From Berkelbacteria bacterium GW2011_GWE1_39_12 (lineage in GTDB: Bacteria > Patescibacteriota > UBA1384 > UBA12157), in contig CP011213.1 of assembly GCA_001029735.1 (NCBI GenBank), positions 396,613 to 460,612 on the forward strand: a stretch of 64,000 nucleotides of DNA, read 5' to 3'. Below the pieces are notes generated by a model. The model was given only the letters and a program-made list of their open reading frames with translations. It did not search any database and was not told the origin of the DNA. Both the position numbers and the translations under genes were made by a program. Shown here in pieces: positions 28,678-39,740 of the stretch (positions are counted from its first letter, which is position 1; each line of letters starts with the position of its first letter).

Positions 28678-30207
28678 CTATGCTTTGTCTATTCCCTTGG
28701 TATTTTCTTTTAAAAACGCTGTCAACTTCTCTTCACACTTTTCATCAATTACTCCTGAATCAGAAATACTTTTTAAAACATCGGCGATTTCGCCCTTGGC
28801 TTTAGTCGATAAAGTCTTTTCTAAAGCGCTGATTTCGGAAACTTCATAACTATCAAAATATCCATTCGTAACGGCATATAAAGTAATAACCTGTTCGGCA
28901 ACTGGAATCGGTTGGTTGTTCACTTGTTTTAAGACTTCGGTAATTCTGCGGCCTCGTTCTATCTGGCGCTTAGTATCTGCATCCAAATCAGATGAAAACT
29001 GAGCAAAAGCTTCCAGTTCTCTGAACTGTGCCATTTCCAACTTCAATTTACCGGCAATCTTTTTCATGGCTTTGATCTGAGCGGCGCCGCCGACACGGGA
29101 AACGGAAAGGCCGGCGTTTAAAGCAGGGCGAATACCTTTGTAAAACAAATCGTTCTCTAAAAATATCTGACCATCGGTAATAGAAATAACGTTGGTTGGA
29201 ATATAAGCGGAAATGTCCCCTGCCTGGGTTTCAATAATCGGAAGAGCGGTAAGTGAACCGCCGCCATTCTCTTTATTTAATTTGGCTGCGCGTTCTAATA
29301 GGCGAGAGTGTAAATAGAAAATATCGCCTGGGTAAGCTTCGCGGCCTGGCGGGCGACGGAGCAGCAAAGAAATCTGTCTATAAGCCCATGCATGCTTACT
29401 TAAATCATCGTAAACGATCAATGCGTCCCGACCATTGTCGCGGAAAAATTCGCCCAAACTAGCGCCCGCGTAGGGTGCCAAATAGGCAAATGAGGCTGGA
29501 TCGGAAGCGCCGGCTAAAACGACAATTGAGTTATCCATCGCTCCAGTTTCTTCAAGTGTATTGATTAATTTAGCGACCTTAGATTCTTTCTGACCGATGG
29601 CAACATAAATGCTAATGACTGGATCTTTGCCTTCTTCTTTGGCAATTTTGGTTTGATTAATAATCGCATCGATAGCAATCGATGTCTTTCCCGTGCCACG
29701 GTCGCCAATAATGAGTTCTCTTTGGCCACGGCCAATTGGCACAATGGAATCGATGGCTTTAATACCAGTTTGCAAAGGCGTATTGACGCCTTCTCGGGTA
29801 ATAACGCCGGGGGCAATCTTTTCAATTGGCGCCATAAGATCAGTTTTTATCTCACCCTTACCATCGAGTGGTTGGCCTAAAGGATTTACCACGCGACCGA
29901 TCATGGCTTCACCGACTGGGATTTCCAAAATCTTACCAGTAGATTTAACTGTTGAACCGGCAATGATTTTTTCAGTTTCGCCTAGTACAATAGCGCCGAC
30001 AGTGTCGCGCTCAAGGTTTAAGATCACACCGAAGACGTCTGTTCCTTCGAACTCAATCATTTCCATGGACTTGGCTTGGCTTAGACCATAGATTTTGGCC
30101 ACACCGTCGCCGATTTCAGTGACAACGCCGGTTTGTTCCAAACTCTGCTCATCGGAAAGATTTTCGATTTTCTTTTTGATTTCTTCTAAAATTAAGTCGG
30201 TATTCAT
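28678..30207 (-). CDS. atpA: ATP synthase F1 alpha subunit
   Basis: [34 protein letters not shown]. Confidence 0.99.
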   Translation of the reverse strand: MNTDLILEEIKKKIENLSDEQSLEQTGVVTEIGDGVAKIYGLSQAKSMEMIEFEGTDVFGVILNLERDTVGAIVLGETEKIIAGSTVKSTGKILEIPVGEAMIGRVVNPLGQPLDGKGEIKTDLMAPIEKIAPGVITREGVNTPLQTGIKAIDSIVPIGRGQRELIIGDRGTGKTSIAIDAIINQTKIAKEEGKDPVISIYVAIGQKESKVAKLINTLEETGAMDNSIVVLAGASDPASFAYLAPYAGASLGEFFRDNGRDALIVYDDLSKHAWAYRQISLLLRRPPGREAYPGDIFYLHSRLLERAAKLNKENGGGSLTALPIIETQAGDISAYIPTNVISITDGQIFLENDLFYKGIRPALNAGLSVSRVGGAAQIKAMKKIAGKLKLEMAQFRELEAFAQFSSDLDADTKRQIERGRRITEVLKQVNNQPIPVAEQVITLYAVTNGYFDSYEVSEISALEKTLSTKAKGEIADVLKSISDSGVIDEKCEEKLTAFLKENTKGIDKA

Positions 30208-30216
30208 TTTACTCCT

Positions 30217-30314
30217 AGTTTATAAAGTCAAAAGTCCTTAAAGTCTGTAAAGTACATGGAAACTTTTGATAGTAAAACACCTCGTACTTTAAAAACTTTA
30301 TAGACTTTATGACT
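30217..30314. repeat. Inverted AAAGTC/GACTTT arms without cargo gene
   Basis: Same units as the arms around the four-helix-bundle gene, about 30-nt centre. Confidence 0.75.
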
Positions 30315-30321
30315 ATTTAAG

Positions 30322-30819
30322 CTAACTTACTAATTTTTTAAGCTTTGATTGGAAGCTATTATCGTAACTTAACCCGTCGATCTCGACAATGACTCCTCCC
30401 AGAAGTTCTGGGGAAACTCGGCTTTCCAAAACTACCGGGACGGACATTTTAATTTCTAAATCATTTTCTAAGTTTTCAATCTCTTCGTTTGATAGAGCGC
30501 TACTAGAAGTAACTAATCCGCTCAAAGCCGTTTTTTCATCACGTAGAATTTTTTTAAATTCGTTAACAATTTTGCTGAAATTTTTCAATCCGTTTTCTTC
30601 AGTTAGAAAAATTAAAAAATTTAATGTATTTTTGTTAAAATTTTCAGAAAAAAGTTCATTTACGATTGTCTTCTTCTTATCGATAGATAGTTTCGGATTA
30701 AACATCATCTTTTTAAATGAGTTTAAGGCGAAAACTTTTTCCAGCATCATCAACTCGATTAATCCATCCTTGGATTTCTCGGTGTAAGAATCGGCTAATT
30801 GTTTTGGTGTGTATGACAT
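30322..30819 (-). CDS. atpH: ATP synthase delta subunit
   Basis: NP.LS...KK, NFL..L, P.LLGGV; between atpF and atpA. Confidence 0.9.
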   Translation of the reverse strand: MSYTPKQLADSYTEKSKDGLIELMMLEKVFALNSFKKMMFNPKLSIDKKKTIVNELFSENFNKNTLNFLIFLTEENGLKNFSKIVNEFKKILRDEKTALSGLVTSSSALSNEEIENLENDLEIKMSVPVVLESRVSPELLGGVIVEIDGLSYDNSFQSKLKKLVS

Positions 30820-30830
30820 AATTTGGTTTT

Positions 30831-30979
30831 GTCATCGCGAGGAGTGAAAACGACGCGGCGATCCTTCAAGATTGCTTCGCTCGTTTCATTTGCTCGCAAT
30901 GACGCTCTAAAATTTCTTCGATGCTTATCTAAAGCATCTTTTTGCATTTTCAAAGATCTTCGACTTCGCTCAGGATGAC
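30831..30979. repeat. Family A doublet (30831-30903) and a B-like half unit (about 30955-30979) around a possible atpF 3' relic
   Basis: GTCATCGCGAGG..GCTCGCAATGAC; CTTCGACTTCGCTCAGGATGAC. Confidence 0.8.
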
Positions 30980-30999
30980 ACTCACAACTTTATGTCTTA

Positions 31000-31491
31000 C
31001 TACTTTTTCTCATATTCGCTAGTAGCTTCTTCTAATGCCGATTTTTGCATCTCTGGCGATACTTTTTCTTTCAAAATCTTTTCTGTGGCCAAACCAACTA
31101 AACCGATAATATCTTTTTGCAAAGCTTCTTTGGCGGCTTCCTTTTCTTGATTAATGGCAATTTTAGCTTTAGCAATTTCTTTTTCTGCTTGACTCTTGGC
31201 CAAAGTGACAATTTCTTCTTTTTGCAAAGTGGCAGCCTTGTTTCCTTCTTCAATAATCTTAGCTGATTTTTCTTCAGCTTGATTGATTATTTCTGTTACC
31301 CGTTTTTCCGTACTGGCTAAATTTTCTTCAATCTTCTTGGCATTTTCTAAACTTTCCGCAATTTTCTTGCGGCGTTCTTCCAGCATGTTGACCAAGGGCT
31401 TATAAGCAAATTTGGTCAAAATAAAAAGAAGAATCAAAAAATTGATAATTTGGCCGATAAAAAGTTTTAAATCGATACCTAATGCTTCCAC
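31000..31491 (-). CDS. atpF: ATP synthase F0 subunit b
   Basis: LGID..LFIGQIINFLIL..F.YKP...LEERR. Confidence 0.95.
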   Translation of the reverse strand: MEALGIDLKLFIGQIINFLILLFILTKFAYKPLVNMLEERRKKIAESLENAKKIEENLASTEKRVTEIINQAEEKSAKIIEEGNKAATLQKEEIVTLAKSQAEKEIAKAKIAINQEKEAAKEALQKDIIGLVGLATEKILKEKVSPEMQKSALEEATSEYEKK

Positions 31492-31530
31492 GAATTCTCC
31501 TAAAAGTCGCTTTTTAAGCGAAATTGCTGC

Positions 31531-31761
31531 TTAAGCAATAAATTTCAAAATCAAAGCGATAACCAAAGCATAGACTGCGATGGCTTCGGCAAAAGCGGCC
31601 ACTAAAATCATCGAGCTTTGAATTTTTGGAGCGGCTTCAGGGTTTCGTCCGATGGCTTCCATAGCTTTTGCTCCGACTAAACCGATGGCAATAGCTGGGA
31701 CTGCGCCGCCGATAGCGATTGTGCCGGCAACGGCTAATAATTTCATTGATTCTGCGTCCAT
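31531..31761 (-). CDS. atpE: ATP synthase F0 subunit c
   Basis: AIGRNPEA, AFAEAIAVY. Confidence 0.97.
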   Translation of the reverse strand: MDAESMKLLAVAGTIAIGGAVPAIAIGLVGAKAMEAIGRNPEAAPKIQSSMILVAAFAEAIAVYALVIALILKFIA

Positions 31762-31791
31762 TTGAATCCTTTCTTTCTCTTATTTTATATT

Positions 31792-32610
31792 TTAACCTCG
31801 ACTAAAACCAAATTTTTCTGGAATAAGGCCATCTTTTTCCTCGACTTTTTCCTGCGCTGTTTGTTCTGAATGATCTTCATGAACTATAGTTGCGGTTTGC
31901 AGGAAAACGGCGGTTAGCATTGAAAAGACCAAGGCCTGAATAAATCCGACAAACAGTTCCAGTCCATAAAACGGAATGGCGGCAATAACCGGAACCAAAA
32001 AGGAGATAACCATGAGCAAAACGGAGCCTGCAAAAATATTACCGAAAAGTCGAAAAGCAAATGAGATAATGCGGGAAAGTTCTGAAACGGCTTCTAAAAA
32101 TCCTACAAAAAAATCTATTGGTCCTTTAAAGTTAATAAATTTTTTGAAATAACCTATTCCTAAATGGCGGATACCGTAAATTTGAACTGTGACAATCGAG
32201 ATAACGGCTAGTGCAAAAGTCGTATTTAAGTCAGCAGCCGGTTGACGGAACAATGGAACAAGAATATGGTGGCCTTCTTCGTTGATCTCGTTTAATCCGA
32301 TAGATTCGAATCCTGGGACTAAGCCGATCCAGTTGGCAAAAATTACAAAAATAAATATGGTAGCTACCAGTGGTAAAAATTGAATCGCCTTTTTACGGTT
32401 CTGAGTGATGCCTTCGATCATAGCCAAAATGGCTTCGACGACGAATTCGCAAATATTTTGCAATTTGCCAGGAGTATTAGAGAGTTTTTTACTGACTCTA
32501 ATTGCGATAGCGCAAAGAAAAATTACTACAATCCAAGTAACCAACATCGAATTGGTGATGGCAATTGGACCGATTTCAATAATTTTTTCAGCGGCAAGTG
32601 AAATATGCAT
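31792..32610 (-). CDS. atpB: ATP synthase F0 subunit a
   Basis: ADLNTT, SFAFRLFGNIFAG, IQALVFSML. Confidence 0.97.
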   Translation of the reverse strand: MHISLAAEKIIEIGPIAITNSMLVTWIVVIFLCAIAIRVSKKLSNTPGKLQNICEFVVEAILAMIEGITQNRKKAIQFLPLVATIFIFVIFANWIGLVPGFESIGLNEINEEGHHILVPLFRQPAADLNTTFALAVISIVTVQIYGIRHLGIGYFKKFINFKGPIDFFVGFLEAVSELSRIISFAFRLFGNIFAGSVLLMVISFLVPVIAAIPFYGLELFVGFIQALVFSMLTAVFLQTATIVHEDHSEQTAQEKVEEKDGLIPEKFGFSRG

Positions 32611-32760
32611 AAGATATTCAAAAGTCCATAAAGTTAAAGGCGAAAAGTTTAGAAAAGAAAAAATAAAAGGCTGATTTGACAGTCTTTTTAATTTTCCAGC
32701 CCAAATATATCACAACTGAAAAAAAGATCAACCCTACCATTTTTTTGTGCACGGTTAGAA

Positions 32761-32859
32761 TAGTCGTAAAGTTCATAAAGTCATAAAGTTATAAAGTCGG
32801 AAGCCCCCAGGAAAAAATCTTGCCTTACAGACTTTAAAGACTTGATAGACTTTAGACTA
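32761..32859. repeat. Inverted AAAGTC/GACTTT arms without cargo gene
   Basis: TAAAGTTCATAAAGTCATAAAG.. and ..GACTTTAAAGACTTGATAGACTTTAGACT. Confidence 0.75.
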
Positions 32860-32897
32860 ATTATTAAAAACCCGCTAATAATAGCGGGTGAGTTGGA

Positions 32898-33308
32898 TTA
32901 GCTGATTCTTTCAAAGTGGTATGGATCTTCATCATCTTGTAGATACATTTCAAAAGAGATATCTGGGGCATGCAGTTCGTGCCATTGCCTGGCTTTTCCC
33001 AGAGTTTCGAGATGCTTTTTTTTCTCGTCCTCTGGTTTGAGGCCCGGAAAGTGTAATGGGAAAGCTTTGCAAGTCAGGTGATCGATCAAGATGTATCTTT
33101 TCACACCTGCATCACGTGCGGTTTTGAGTCGGTCAAGCAGAGCGGGCTCACAAGCCAGCTTAGCGTATTGAAGTGAAGCCCCTGCTTCTGAAACCTGATA
33201 AGCACCTTCAGCGCCAATGGAAATCAAAAAGTGCTCCAGGGGTTTTTCATACTTCCCGCCTGGACGATACCTTGGGTCCATACAAATTTTGACCATTACA
33301 TGTGCCAT
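32898..33308 (-). CDS. Beta-class carbonic anhydrase-like protein
   Basis: CMDPR, AGA, LIDHLTC give the Cys/His/Cys Zn ligand pattern. Confidence 0.7.
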   Translation of the reverse strand: MAHVMVKICMDPRYRPGGKYEKPLEHFLISIGAEGAYQVSEAGASLQYAKLACEPALLDRLKTARDAGVKRYILIDHLTCKAFPLHFPGLKPEDEKKKHLETLGKARQWHELHAPDISFEMYLQDDEDPYHFERIS

Positions 33309-33415
33309 CTTTTACCTCCGTGCAGCCGAATCAAAAACGCCGCTCGCGACGAATTAATGTTTGATGAGTATATTTTTATACCACAAATAAATAATTGTCA
33401 AGTTTTGAAGCTATT

Positions 33416-34378
33416 TTATCGAGTTCTTTTAACACGAATCAGGCCGCCAAGAGGGATTATCTTTATACCTTTTTTCTCAATCTCGTCAAGAAAAAGGTTA
33501 AGACCAAGAGAATCAGAGGAAATATGGCCTGCGATCACAACATTCAAGTGATTTTTACTGGCTTCATCGCGGCTTTCGTCTTTAATATGCATTCCAATAA
33601 TTGTGCCGATGCCAGCTTTCACAAGTTCAGGGTAAACCTCTTTGCTGCCTGAAGTACCGCCTGTGATCTCGCTTGCGACAATTCGACCAGTGTGGTTTTC
33701 TGGAGAACCGGCGAAAATCATTGGGCCGGCATTATTTTTTGTTGCTTCTTTGTATTCAGGAATAGTCTTAAGGAGATCAATCAATTCTCCGACTGTGTCT
33801 GGATTTTTTTTATTCACCAAGTCTTGAAGAAACTGAAAAACCAGATTGTCGCATGGTGTGTGAAGATTCATGTAAGCAATGTCGGCAAACCTTGCAGCAT
33901 CAACTGGTCTCATGTGGTTAACTGGAGAGAGGGATCGACCGACTTGTTGAATGCGATCTCTCATCACGCCTTCAGCGACGTTGATTGGGACACCGTATGA
34001 CGCCATCATTTCAGCTTGCATGTGCATTACTTCATCGAGAGCGGCAAGCGCCTTGCCGACAGGATGGTGGGTGATAATTAAATCGATATCTGAGTTCATA
34101 GCGGCGATTAAGGCGATTTCGGCTTCTTCGACATCGATACCGACCGCTATTGTTTTTACCTTTTGCTTCTCCTTATTAAAATGAATTCTACTATCGGCAT
34201 AAGGATTGGTTAATCGTTCAGTGTCAAAAAGAGCCTTGTCTCCGCCAGCTGGCGTATTTGACAATTTTTCGTATTTTTTCTTTTCCCCATCAAGCCATCT
34301 TTTAACACCAGCTTTGCCTCGAGGGTCTGCATTGATACCTGTTTTTATTGCTAAATCGTATATTTCTTTTATTGACAT
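33416..34378 (-). CDS. NIF3-like (NGG1p-interacting factor 3) metal-binding protein
   Basis: ADPRG, NPYADSRI, ITHHP.G, HTPCDN, AGHISSDSLG. Confidence 0.88.
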   Translation of the reverse strand: MSIKEIYDLAIKTGINADPRGKAGVKRWLDGEKKKYEKLSNTPAGGDKALFDTERLTNPYADSRIHFNKEKQKVKTIAVGIDVEEAEIALIAAMNSDIDLIITHHPVGKALAALDEVMHMQAEMMASYGVPINVAEGVMRDRIQQVGRSLSPVNHMRPVDAARFADIAYMNLHTPCDNLVFQFLQDLVNKKNPDTVGELIDLLKTIPEYKEATKNNAGPMIFAGSPENHTGRIVASEITGGTSGSKEVYPELVKAGIGTIIGMHIKDESRDEASKNHLNVVIAGHISSDSLGLNLFLDEIEKKGIKIIPLGGLIRVKRTR

Positions 34379-34491
34379 TTTTATCCTTTACTATTCAAGA
34401 GCTATTATGAACTTTTTTTTGTTTTATTTCAAGATTTTTTATACAAAACGACCCCGGAATTAATACTCCGGGGTCGAATTGATGGTTTTTG

Positions 34492-36039
34492 TTAAGCCGT
34501 CTCGCCGGCTTGTTCTGCGCTGTCCAGCGCTTGCTGGATGCGCCTCCTTAAAGCCAGAACTTCGGCTTTTCTGAGGCCGAGGTTTTGCTGAACACGGCCG
34601 CGATCTTTGTTCCTCCCAGTTGCATCAAGGAAGCCGTGTGGCGAAAGACCTGCTTTCTCAAGAAACTCTGCGTCGTCTCTTTCAAGACCGAGCTTCAAGC
34701 CCATCTCCAGCGGAGATGAGACAATTGATTCCTCATTGTTGGCAGGAGGTTCTGTCGATCCTGCAACTGGCTCTTGTTTCTCCTCCTCCTTTTTGCCAAT
34801 CGGGAAAAGTATTGCAGCCAAGTCTTGAATTGCCTTCTCATCGAGATCATACTCTTCCAAGAAGGACTTCAGCTCGTCTGTATTTGAAGCCACAGTCAAT
34901 AGCTCATTGACTGAGTTGATGCCAGCATCAGCGAGCTGATTGATAACGTCTTGTACCGCGTCGTCCTCGGCAAGAGACTGATTGACAGGTGCCGTTTGAT
35001 CCTCAGCCTGCACAGTAACTGTATCATCAGCTATTTGATCTGTCTGAGCTTCAGCGACGATCCCGTCTGATTTGTCCAATGCGAATTTGGCTTCAATGTC
35101 GCCGAGAATGCCATCGCATTCTTTGATAACGGCGACCATCTGCTCGATCATGATTGGATGACCTGTATTTTGCCTGCTGATGATCATCCTTGTCAAGTTA
35201 CGACCATTGAATGCTCTAGTACCAGCCGCTTCACAGGCTGCTCGTAGATCAGCAAGCGTTTTTTCAAAGACGAGTAAACCACGTACCGCCTTGCCGGAAA
35301 ACTCTGCCCAACTAAGGATATATGCGACTTGCTCTTCTGTTGGCTCATAGCCGACCTGTCGAGCGATCTTGGAGATTAGCTCTCTCTTCGTCTCTCCTGT
35401 TCTTTCTCGAAAGTCGGCTCTCCTCCGACTAAGTTCGTCGGATGCCTCGTTGTTGCCGCCTGCTACAGGCGTTTCCGTGTCTATAGGTACTGAAGTTTCG
35501 GTCTTCAGCTTACGCAGAGATTCCAGCGCCCACTCGTCGGTGTAGTCGGGGCAAACCGACAGATCTCTTGCCTGATCTTCAGAGAGATTGTAGCCGATTC
35601 CAATTGCCAGTTCCCGAAGCATCTGCAGACGTTCATTCCGAACTTCTTCTTCTGCAGATATCTGCATTGAAGAATCAGACGTGGGAGCGGGTTCTTCGTC
35701 TGTTTCCACTGAAACCGGCTCCTCTGGGAGCTCTATCACTGGTTTCTCTATGGTTTCTACTAATGTTGTTTCAGGCACTGTTGTAACAACGGTTTCGACA
35801 GGTGCTTCGACCTTAAAAGTCTCCACTACCTTTTCCGCAGCTTCGACTCGATTGCCAAGAACTGCAGCCGCATGGCGGGCGCAAGCATTAATAATATCGA
35901 CTGATGAACTACCAGCCTGAGCAGTCTTAGACTCCACCGAAGCGGCGTTCCCTCCGACTCTGATAACTGCAACGGCGCTGCCGCGAGTTACATAGGTTTT
36001 GGTGCCGTTCCGATTGTTGACGATCAGTAGCTCTGACAT
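34492..36039 (-). CDS. Hypothetical acidic multi-segment protein, possible C-terminal HhH-like repeats
   Basis: 515-aa ORF; LADAGINSVNELL and LEKAGLS segments. Confidence 0.7.
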   Translation of the reverse strand: MSELLIVNNRNGTKTYVTRGSAVAVIRVGGNAASVESKTAQAGSSSVDIINACARHAAAVLGNRVEAAEKVVETFKVEAPVETVVTTVPETTLVETIEKPVIELPEEPVSVETDEEPAPTSDSSMQISAEEEVRNERLQMLRELAIGIGYNLSEDQARDLSVCPDYTDEWALESLRKLKTETSVPIDTETPVAGGNNEASDELSRRRADFRERTGETKRELISKIARQVGYEPTEEQVAYILSWAEFSGKAVRGLLVFEKTLADLRAACEAAGTRAFNGRNLTRMIISRQNTGHPIMIEQMVAVIKECDGILGDIEAKFALDKSDGIVAEAQTDQIADDTVTVQAEDQTAPVNQSLAEDDAVQDVINQLADAGINSVNELLTVASNTDELKSFLEEYDLDEKAIQDLAAILFPIGKKEEEKQEPVAGSTEPPANNEESIVSSPLEMGLKLGLERDDAEFLEKAGLSPHGFLDATGRNKDRGRVQQNLGLRKAEVLALRRRIQQALDSAEQAGETA

Positions 36040-36177
36040 TATTTCTTCCCCTTTCTCGACGATTGACTTTAGATTGTTTAGTTACTTCATTGGAAAATGA
36101 ATACAGGTTACTTTATCACATTTTTATTGACAAGTCAAGAGGTAAGGCGCAAAATTAATATGTAATAAAGGAGGCAA

Positions 36178-36540
36178 ATGGACTCTTCAAACTTTAAGTT
36201 AATGTCAGAAGACGAAATTAAAGATGTGTTGGACAAAGATCTTCTTGACCTATTGGATGCACAGGGAATTTCTGAAGAACAAAAAACCGAGTTCTATCAA
36301 AAAATGACCCAAGCGATTCAAAACCGCGTGATTATTCGTATCGATAACAGATTAAATGATAGTGAAAGAGAACAGTGGCTTGAATTGATCGATAAAAATG
36401 ACCATAAAGAAATGGAAGATTTTTTGAAGTCAAAAAATATTGAAGTCGCTAAATTGATTGTCGAAGAGGCGATTATTTATAAAATGCAATTAATGAGCTT
36501 GTATAAACAAGTTGAAAGTAAAAAGTCCGTAAAGTCGTAA
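36178..36540 (+). CDS. Conserved small helical protein (DUF5663-like)
   Basis: LL..L....SEE.K.....M...I..RV...I..RL pattern; GGAGG RBS. Confidence 0.65.
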   Translation: MDSSNFKLMSEDEIKDVLDKDLLDLLDAQGISEEQKTEFYQKMTQAIQNRVIIRIDNRLNDSEREQWLELIDKNDHKEMEDFLKSKNIEVAKLIVEEAIIYKMQLMSLYKQVESKKSVKS

Positions 36541-36629
36541 GCAAAGCTTGATTTCTGAAGAAATTAAAGGGAAAAATATGGCTAAACATGAGTTTAGCGC
36601 GGAATTTTCTGAAAATACAGAGGAGAAAT

Positions 36630-38609
36630 ATGAGTCCAGAACATGGTGATGGAGACAGAGATTTTATAGCGCCTCAAACCGGCGGGGAAGACACTCAGCC
36701 GAGGCGTCGTTTTTGGGATCGTTTTCGTCGAAACATACCAGAAGAACGTGATGAATCGGAAAATGAAGAAGAAAATCAGGCAAGAGAGCTTTTACCTATT
36801 ACCGAAAGATCTGAAGAAGAATCCAATGAAATTGATGGACGTGAACCAACCGATTGGCGTGATTTGCAAGAAATGATTCAATCCTACGATGCAGAAGGTT
36901 GGCGTGAACGCGGTTTATTGCAAATTTATGGAGAAGGAAGGCTTGCCGGACTTAATGAATTTATGGATGGAGAGCGCGATTTTAACGTTGATTCAGAAGA
37001 CGGGCGGATTCGCCATGATGGTTTTACCAAGTTAAAGGAATTTGGCCGCAAAACCCTTGGCACTCTCGTAAATAAGAAAAACCTTGGTGGGGCAGTGGCT
37101 TTAGCCGGAGTGGCAGTCGCAACAGGAGGCGTCGGCGCACCAGCAGCCTTGGCTTTAGCCGGCGGCGCTATCGGACGAGGGGTGGTTGAAGCTTGGCACT
37201 CGATAAACGGTGAAGAACGTCAATTAAGAGAAGAGCGTGCCGCTTTCTCATTTGAACAATATAATAGATTATTAGAGATAGCTAACTCGATCAACGAAGC
37301 TGTTGATCCTCAAGAAAAAATTTATCGTCAAGAGTCTTTGGTTCGTTATTACAACCTATCAAATCTGGAGCTAGACCGATATACAGATCGGATCTTAGAA
37401 GTTAAAGAAAATTGGAATCGAAAAAGAAATGCTGGTCAATTTATTGGAGCGATTGCGGGGGGAGTAGCAGGAGTAGCTGGGACCTGGCAAAATCTTGCCG
37501 AAAAGGCGCTGACAATGGATTTAGATGGAAATGGCGTTTCTCATGCTGTGGAGAAGGTGAACGGAGTTTGGCATTATCTCTACAATAGCCAGCAAGAAAT
37601 CGCGCAAGCTGTCCAGCAAGGAGCGCATATAGCGCAATCTAACGCCGGGTATGCCGCTCATGCGGTAAGTGCAGGAGCAAATGTCGGTATGCAGGTTGCA
37701 ACAGAAGCGGCTAAAAATTTAGCGGTTGAAGCGGGTAGAGTAGCTGCGGTTTTTGGTGGAATGATTGTTGGTAGATTCTTGGATAGAAATGACGTGAAAA
37801 AAGAGCAAGATAAATTTGATGATCAGGTGGATGAGAGAGGCGTTTTAGATCCAATGGCTCAGCCAGAAACGCCTAATCCGGAACAAGAGCAAGGTGGAGG
37901 ACACTTATTCTTAGAATTAAACGAGAATACTGCGCCAACGCCTCCTGTTAATCTTAACCCTCCTACCGTGCCACAACCGGAATCTGGCGGGGGCGGGGGA
38001 AGAGGTTCGTTTATTGAAATGGGTGAGGCTAATGAGCCTCAGCCTGGACAATTATGGAAGCTTGATGGCACACCAGGTTTGTTAAGGATAATTGACATTG
38101 ATCCGGCTGTAGGGACGGCCAGAGTAGAACTTTTAAATGATAATGAAACACCTATGACATTTGGAGGACAGCCTGTCGAACAAAATATAGATCCAAATGA
38201 TCTATTGGGGCATGGACATCGGTATGAATCTCCGCCTGTAATCGTTTCTCCAAGCCATTCAGAAGCAACCGCTCCATTACAGCATCCTGAGGTTGAAACG
38301 CCGGAAGAGGCGGCCTTAGCGGCGTCTACGGATGTCCAATTTGAACAATCGGGACAAGGATCGGAAGATGACGCTCCTGAAAGGATTCTTGACCCAGTCG
38401 GAGGAACAATGAAATATAATATTGTTAGCGCCGACAGAATGCCTGACAGGTTAAGAGAGCTTAATATTCCAAGTAAATTTCATATTTTTGGACCTATTAA
38501 TAGGACTAGAGATAGCAAAATTCAGCTGAAAGATATGAATGATTCGAATCGTGTAGTGACAATTACTCGAGCAGATTGGGATGAGTTGTATCCTGCGCTC
38601 GGAAAATAA
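36630..38609 (+). CDS. Hypothetical membrane protein with glycine-rich helices
   Basis: AGGAG RBS before MSPEHG; Gly/Ala-rich hydrophobic segments; Pro-rich linker. Confidence 0.75.
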   Translation: MSPEHGDGDRDFIAPQTGGEDTQPRRRFWDRFRRNIPEERDESENEEENQARELLPITERSEEESNEIDGREPTDWRDLQEMIQSYDAEGWRERGLLQIYGEGRLAGLNEFMDGERDFNVDSEDGRIRHDGFTKLKEFGRKTLGTLVNKKNLGGAVALAGVAVATGGVGAPAALALAGGAIGRGVVEAWHSINGEERQLREERAAFSFEQYNRLLEIANSINEAVDPQEKIYRQESLVRYYNLSNLELDRYTDRILEVKENWNRKRNAGQFIGAIAGGVAGVAGTWQNLAEKALTMDLDGNGVSHAVEKVNGVWHYLYNSQQEIAQAVQQGAHIAQSNAGYAAHAVSAGANVGMQVATEAAKNLAVEAGRVAAVFGGMIVGRFLDRNDVKKEQDKFDDQVDERGVLDPMAQPETPNPEQEQGGGHLFLELNENTAPTPPVNLNPPTVPQPESGGGGGRGSFIEMGEANEPQPGQLWKLDGTPGLLRIIDIDPAVGTARVELLNDNETPMTFGGQPVEQNIDPNDLLGHGHRYESPPVIVSPSHSEATAPLQHPEVETPEEAALAASTDVQFEQSGQGSEDDAPERILDPVGGTMKYNIVSADRMPDRLRELNIPSKFHIFGPINRTRDSKIQLKDMNDSNRVVTITRADWDELYPALGK

Positions 38610-38697
38610 GTGTTTTTATTTAGCAAAAGAGCCAATCTGTAAAGACTGGCTCTTGTTGTGTCCGGCTTTTCGCCGGGATGGTTTTCAGTAACCTATG

Positions 38698-39657
38698 TTA
38701 CATTGTGGTTGCATTTATTCTCATCAGTTCTTGAAATTCTTGAACTGTGAGATTGATCGGACGCGCAGGCTGCTGTTCCTGCTGGGTTGTGGCCTGCTGG
38801 TTAGGATCAACTGGGTCTCCGTTGGAGGAGCATACCATCTTGAATCCTTCGGCGTTATGGGAGCAATCCACTGTTACGTTCCGACCTGCAGTCGGACCGA
38901 ACTGCTTCATACAATCGAATGCTCGGCCAGCATTCTCGTCTCGGAGGCGGGCTGCTTCGATGGCTGCAGCATCAAGCCTATCGTTTCTGGCTCTTTCTGC
39001 GTCAGCGGCTGCTGTTTCGCGGGCAATTCTGTCAGCCCTCTCAATTTCGGCGGCTGCTGCATTTGCTTGTCTAACGCGTTCAGCCTCTGCAGCTACGGCG
39101 GCAGCGGCTCGATCTGCTTCGATGGCGACGTCGCGTCGAGCTCGCTCAGCTTCCGCTGCTGCACGCTCGGCGTCTCGTCGATCACGTCGACTCTCCGCGG
39201 CACGCCCACCCATTGCCACAAGGGCAACGAGGGCGACAATACCGAGTGCCCCGAGGAGACCGTATAGGGCATAGATACCCCAGATTGGGTCCACTGGTTT
39301 CTCCTTCTCCACCGTTTTCACAACGGTGACTGTTTTTGTCGCCGGCTTCTTCGCTGGCGCATGATAATACCGTTTGGTCTGTGCCGCTCTAACAGTTTTT
39401 GTCCTATAGACAATTTTTGTGGGACTGTTGACAGTCACAGATTGACTCTGAGACTGACTCATAACAGGAGCCCTCGGCGCTTCAACGGTTACCGGCTTTG
39501 TGTAAGTGTAGGCACTCTGTGCCTGTCCATCTACCACACAGCCGTCGTCATTGCTCGGTACTGTCCCGACATTGAACATTTCGCCGGCCAGTACGGGGCT
39601 AACCAGGAGAGAGGCCATTATAATGGCCAGAACTACCAGAGTAACTCGGAATTTCAT
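38698..39657 (-). CDS. Hypothetical exported/membrane protein with Ala/Arg/Glu coiled coil
   Basis: Signal peptide ..VLA-G, TM helix, AERA repeats, AGGAGG RBS. Confidence 0.75.
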   Translation of the reverse strand: MKFRVTLVVLAIIMASLLVSPVLAGEMFNVGTVPSNDDGCVVDGQAQSAYTYTKPVTVEAPRAPVMSQSQSQSVTVNSPTKIVYRTKTVRAAQTKRYYHAPAKKPATKTVTVVKTVEKEKPVDPIWGIYALYGLLGALGIVALVALVAMGGRAAESRRDRRDAERAAAEAERARRDVAIEADRAAAAVAAEAERVRQANAAAAEIERADRIARETAAADAERARNDRLDAAAIEAARLRDENAGRAFDCMKQFGPTAGRNVTVDCSHNAEGFKMVCSSNGDPVDPNQQATTQQEQQPARPINLTVQEFQELMRINATTM

Positions 39658-39740
39658 CAGATATCTCCTCCTTATTGATCACAAATACGTCACATTCGAT
39701 ATATAACCCTAAAAGGGATAATACGGTATTGACTCTTCAG

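Noticed and set aside
38695-39678. Long plus-strand ORFs (190, 175, 105 aa)
   Set aside because: Antisense shadows of a GC-rich Ala/Arg/Glu gene that has the RBS, signal peptide and promoter.
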